Part shown: piece after piece, positions 57,258-58,400 of the stretch
Layout of the letters: each line of letters starts with the position of its first letter
How positions within the stretch are numbered: the first letter of the stretch is position 1
NCBI GenBank assembly: GCA_902522585.1
Contig: CABYWI010000001.1
Location: 1 to 58,400 of the forward strand
Direction: 5' to 3'
Length of the DNA: 58,400 bases
Source of the DNA: an uncultured Alphaproteobacteria bacterium
GTDB lineage: Bacteria > Pseudomonadota > Alphaproteobacteria > HIMB59
Translations under genes and position numbers: made by a program
Notes under the pieces: generated by a model
Databases searched by the model: none
The model's input: the letters and a program-made list of their open reading frames with translations, nothing else
Told to the model about the DNA's origin: nothing

Positions 57258-57380
57258 TTATATTACAGGTATCACAGACCTCACATCATCAACTACACCC
57301 TTAGTAAACCCTGCAACAGTATTACATGAGCTTATCATTAAGTTTAGTGATAACAAGACAGAGATAAATAGAATTTTCAT
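57258..57380 (-). CDS. Entericidin (EcnA-like) small lipoprotein, 40 aa (not in ORF track)
   Basis: MKILFISVLLSLNLMISSC-NTVAGFTKGVVDDVRSVIPVI*; ATG overlaps the fabI stop (TAATG). Confidence 0.7.
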   Translation of the reverse strand: MKILFISVLLSLNLMISSCNTVAGFTKGVVDDVRSVIPVI

Positions 57381-58156
57381 TAAAGATCTTGAATACTCAT
57401 TCCAACTTTATTATAGCCGTTATCAACATACAAGATTTCTCCAGTAACACCCTTAGATAAATCGCTCATTAGATAAACGGAAGACTTACCAATATCGTCT
57501 AAAGATAAGGGTTTTTTGATAGGAGAGTTGTCAATCGTGTAGTTATAAATTTGACGGGATTTATTTATAACAGCACCAGCCAAAGTTCTCATAGGTCCTG
57601 CAGAAATGGCATTCACACGTATTCCTCGATCACCCATATCCACAGCAAGATATTTAATGGATGTTTCGAGAGCAGCTTTAGCAACACCCATCACATTATA
57701 ACTTTGCATGTAACGTTTTGAACCGTAATAAGTAAGAGCCATAACGGAAGCGTTATCATTCAGCCTTGGAGAAAAAATACGAAGCATTTCTGTTAAGGAG
57801 TAAGAAGAAATATGAAGTGTTTTTAGAAAATTATCTTTTGTTGTATGAAGATATTTTCCCGATAATTCATTTTTATCAGAGTAGGCGACAGCATGTACAA
57901 AAAAATCGATATTATCTTTCATGCCATCGCGAACACTTTCTAAAGATGCAGTATCAGAAACGTCGCAAGGCATAATACCTAAACAATTTATTTTCTGCGA
58001 GAGAGGCTCAACTCTTTTTTTGATCGAATCATTTTGATAGGTTAGGTACATACTCGCACCTTCCTCATTCAAACATTTAGTAATTCCCCAAGCAATGGAG
58101 TGATCGTTGGCGATCCCCACAACCAGTCCTTTTTTTCCTTCTAAAACTTTAGTCAT
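57380..58156 (-). CDS. fabI: Enoyl-ACP reductase
   Basis: GIANDHSIAWGI, YNVMGVAKAALE, NAISAGPMRTLA, TGEILYVDNG. Confidence 0.94.
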   Translation of the reverse strand: MTKVLEGKKGLVVGIANDHSIAWGITKCLNEEGASMYLTYQNDSIKKRVEPLSQKINCLGIMPCDVSDTASLESVRDGMKDNIDFFVHAVAYSDKNELSGKYLHTTKDNFLKTLHISSYSLTEMLRIFSPRLNDNASVMALTYYGSKRYMQSYNVMGVAKAALETSIKYLAVDMGDRGIRVNAISAGPMRTLAGAVINKSRQIYNYTIDNSPIKKPLSLDDIGKSSVYLMSDLSKGVTGEILYVDNGYNKVGMSIQDL

Positions 58157-58400
58157 TGAAGCTGGTTATATAAATTGATGCATTTGTTCCACCAAAACCA
58201 AAACTATTAGAGAGAACAGAATTGATAGTGACATCATTTTTATTTTCTCTAAGGACATTCATTCCCTCTGCCTGCTCATCTAAAGTAGAAATGTTAGCAG
58301 ATTCCACCATAAAATTATTTTCCATCATCAACAATGAGTACACTGCCTCTTGAACGCCAGTTGCACCTAAGGAGTGACCAGTTAAAGATTTTGTTGAGCT
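58149..58400 (-). CDS. fabB: Beta-ketoacyl-ACP synthase, C-terminal part (partial at window edge)
   Basis: Frame is open to the window end: SSTKSLTGHSLGATGVQE...SNSFGFGGTNAS; upstream of fabI. Confidence 0.85.
   Translation of the reverse strand, partial: SSTKSLTGHSLGATGVQEAVYSLLMMENNFMVESANISTLDEQAEGMNVLRENKNDVTINSVLSNSFGFGGTNASIYITSFND

Noticed and set aside
57238-57447. 69-aa plus-strand ORF from the track
   Set aside because: It is antisense to fabI and to the entericidin-like genes, which have much better support
1-58400. rRNA, tRNA, CRISPR arrays, prophage or defence genes
   Set aside because: Intergenic gaps are short and were read; no cloverleaf, spaced repeats or hallmark proteins were recognised

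Overview
AT-rich, densely packed chromosomal segment. Gene content and order point to a streamlined marine alphaproteobacterium (SAR11 clade V/HIMB59-like lineage is plausible; inferred, not searched). From left to right: sulfur amino-acid genes; a tungstate-type ABC transporter between cytochrome b561 and cytochrome c'; dapB, nth, pyruvate carboxylase and ispH; a blue-tuned proteorhodopsin-crtIBY-blh cluster with no crtE, flanked by a divergent IspA-type prenyl synthase and an iota-type carbonic anhydrase candidate; metY followed by a two-hairpin sRNA-like element; an inverted glnD-trpS-nfu-tsaB block; a ~12 kb phosphorus/phosphonate island (DUF47-PiT, phnA, phnY, FAD oxidoreductase but no phnW, DMT, HAD, AepX/PhnS-type ABC transporter, second PiT-like protein); dgkA and a SET-domain gene with a diverged pseudogene copy of its 3' end; the rimI-miaB-phoH-ybeY-corC-lnt-trmB-nusA-infB-rbfA-truB-rpsO-pnp core with metK, rimP and ylxR absent; and fabB-fabI followed by two tandem entericidin-like lipoprotein genes missed by the ORF track. 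No rRNA, tRNA, CRISPR array, transposase or integrase was recognised. All family assignments come from motif recognition by eye; no database search was run.
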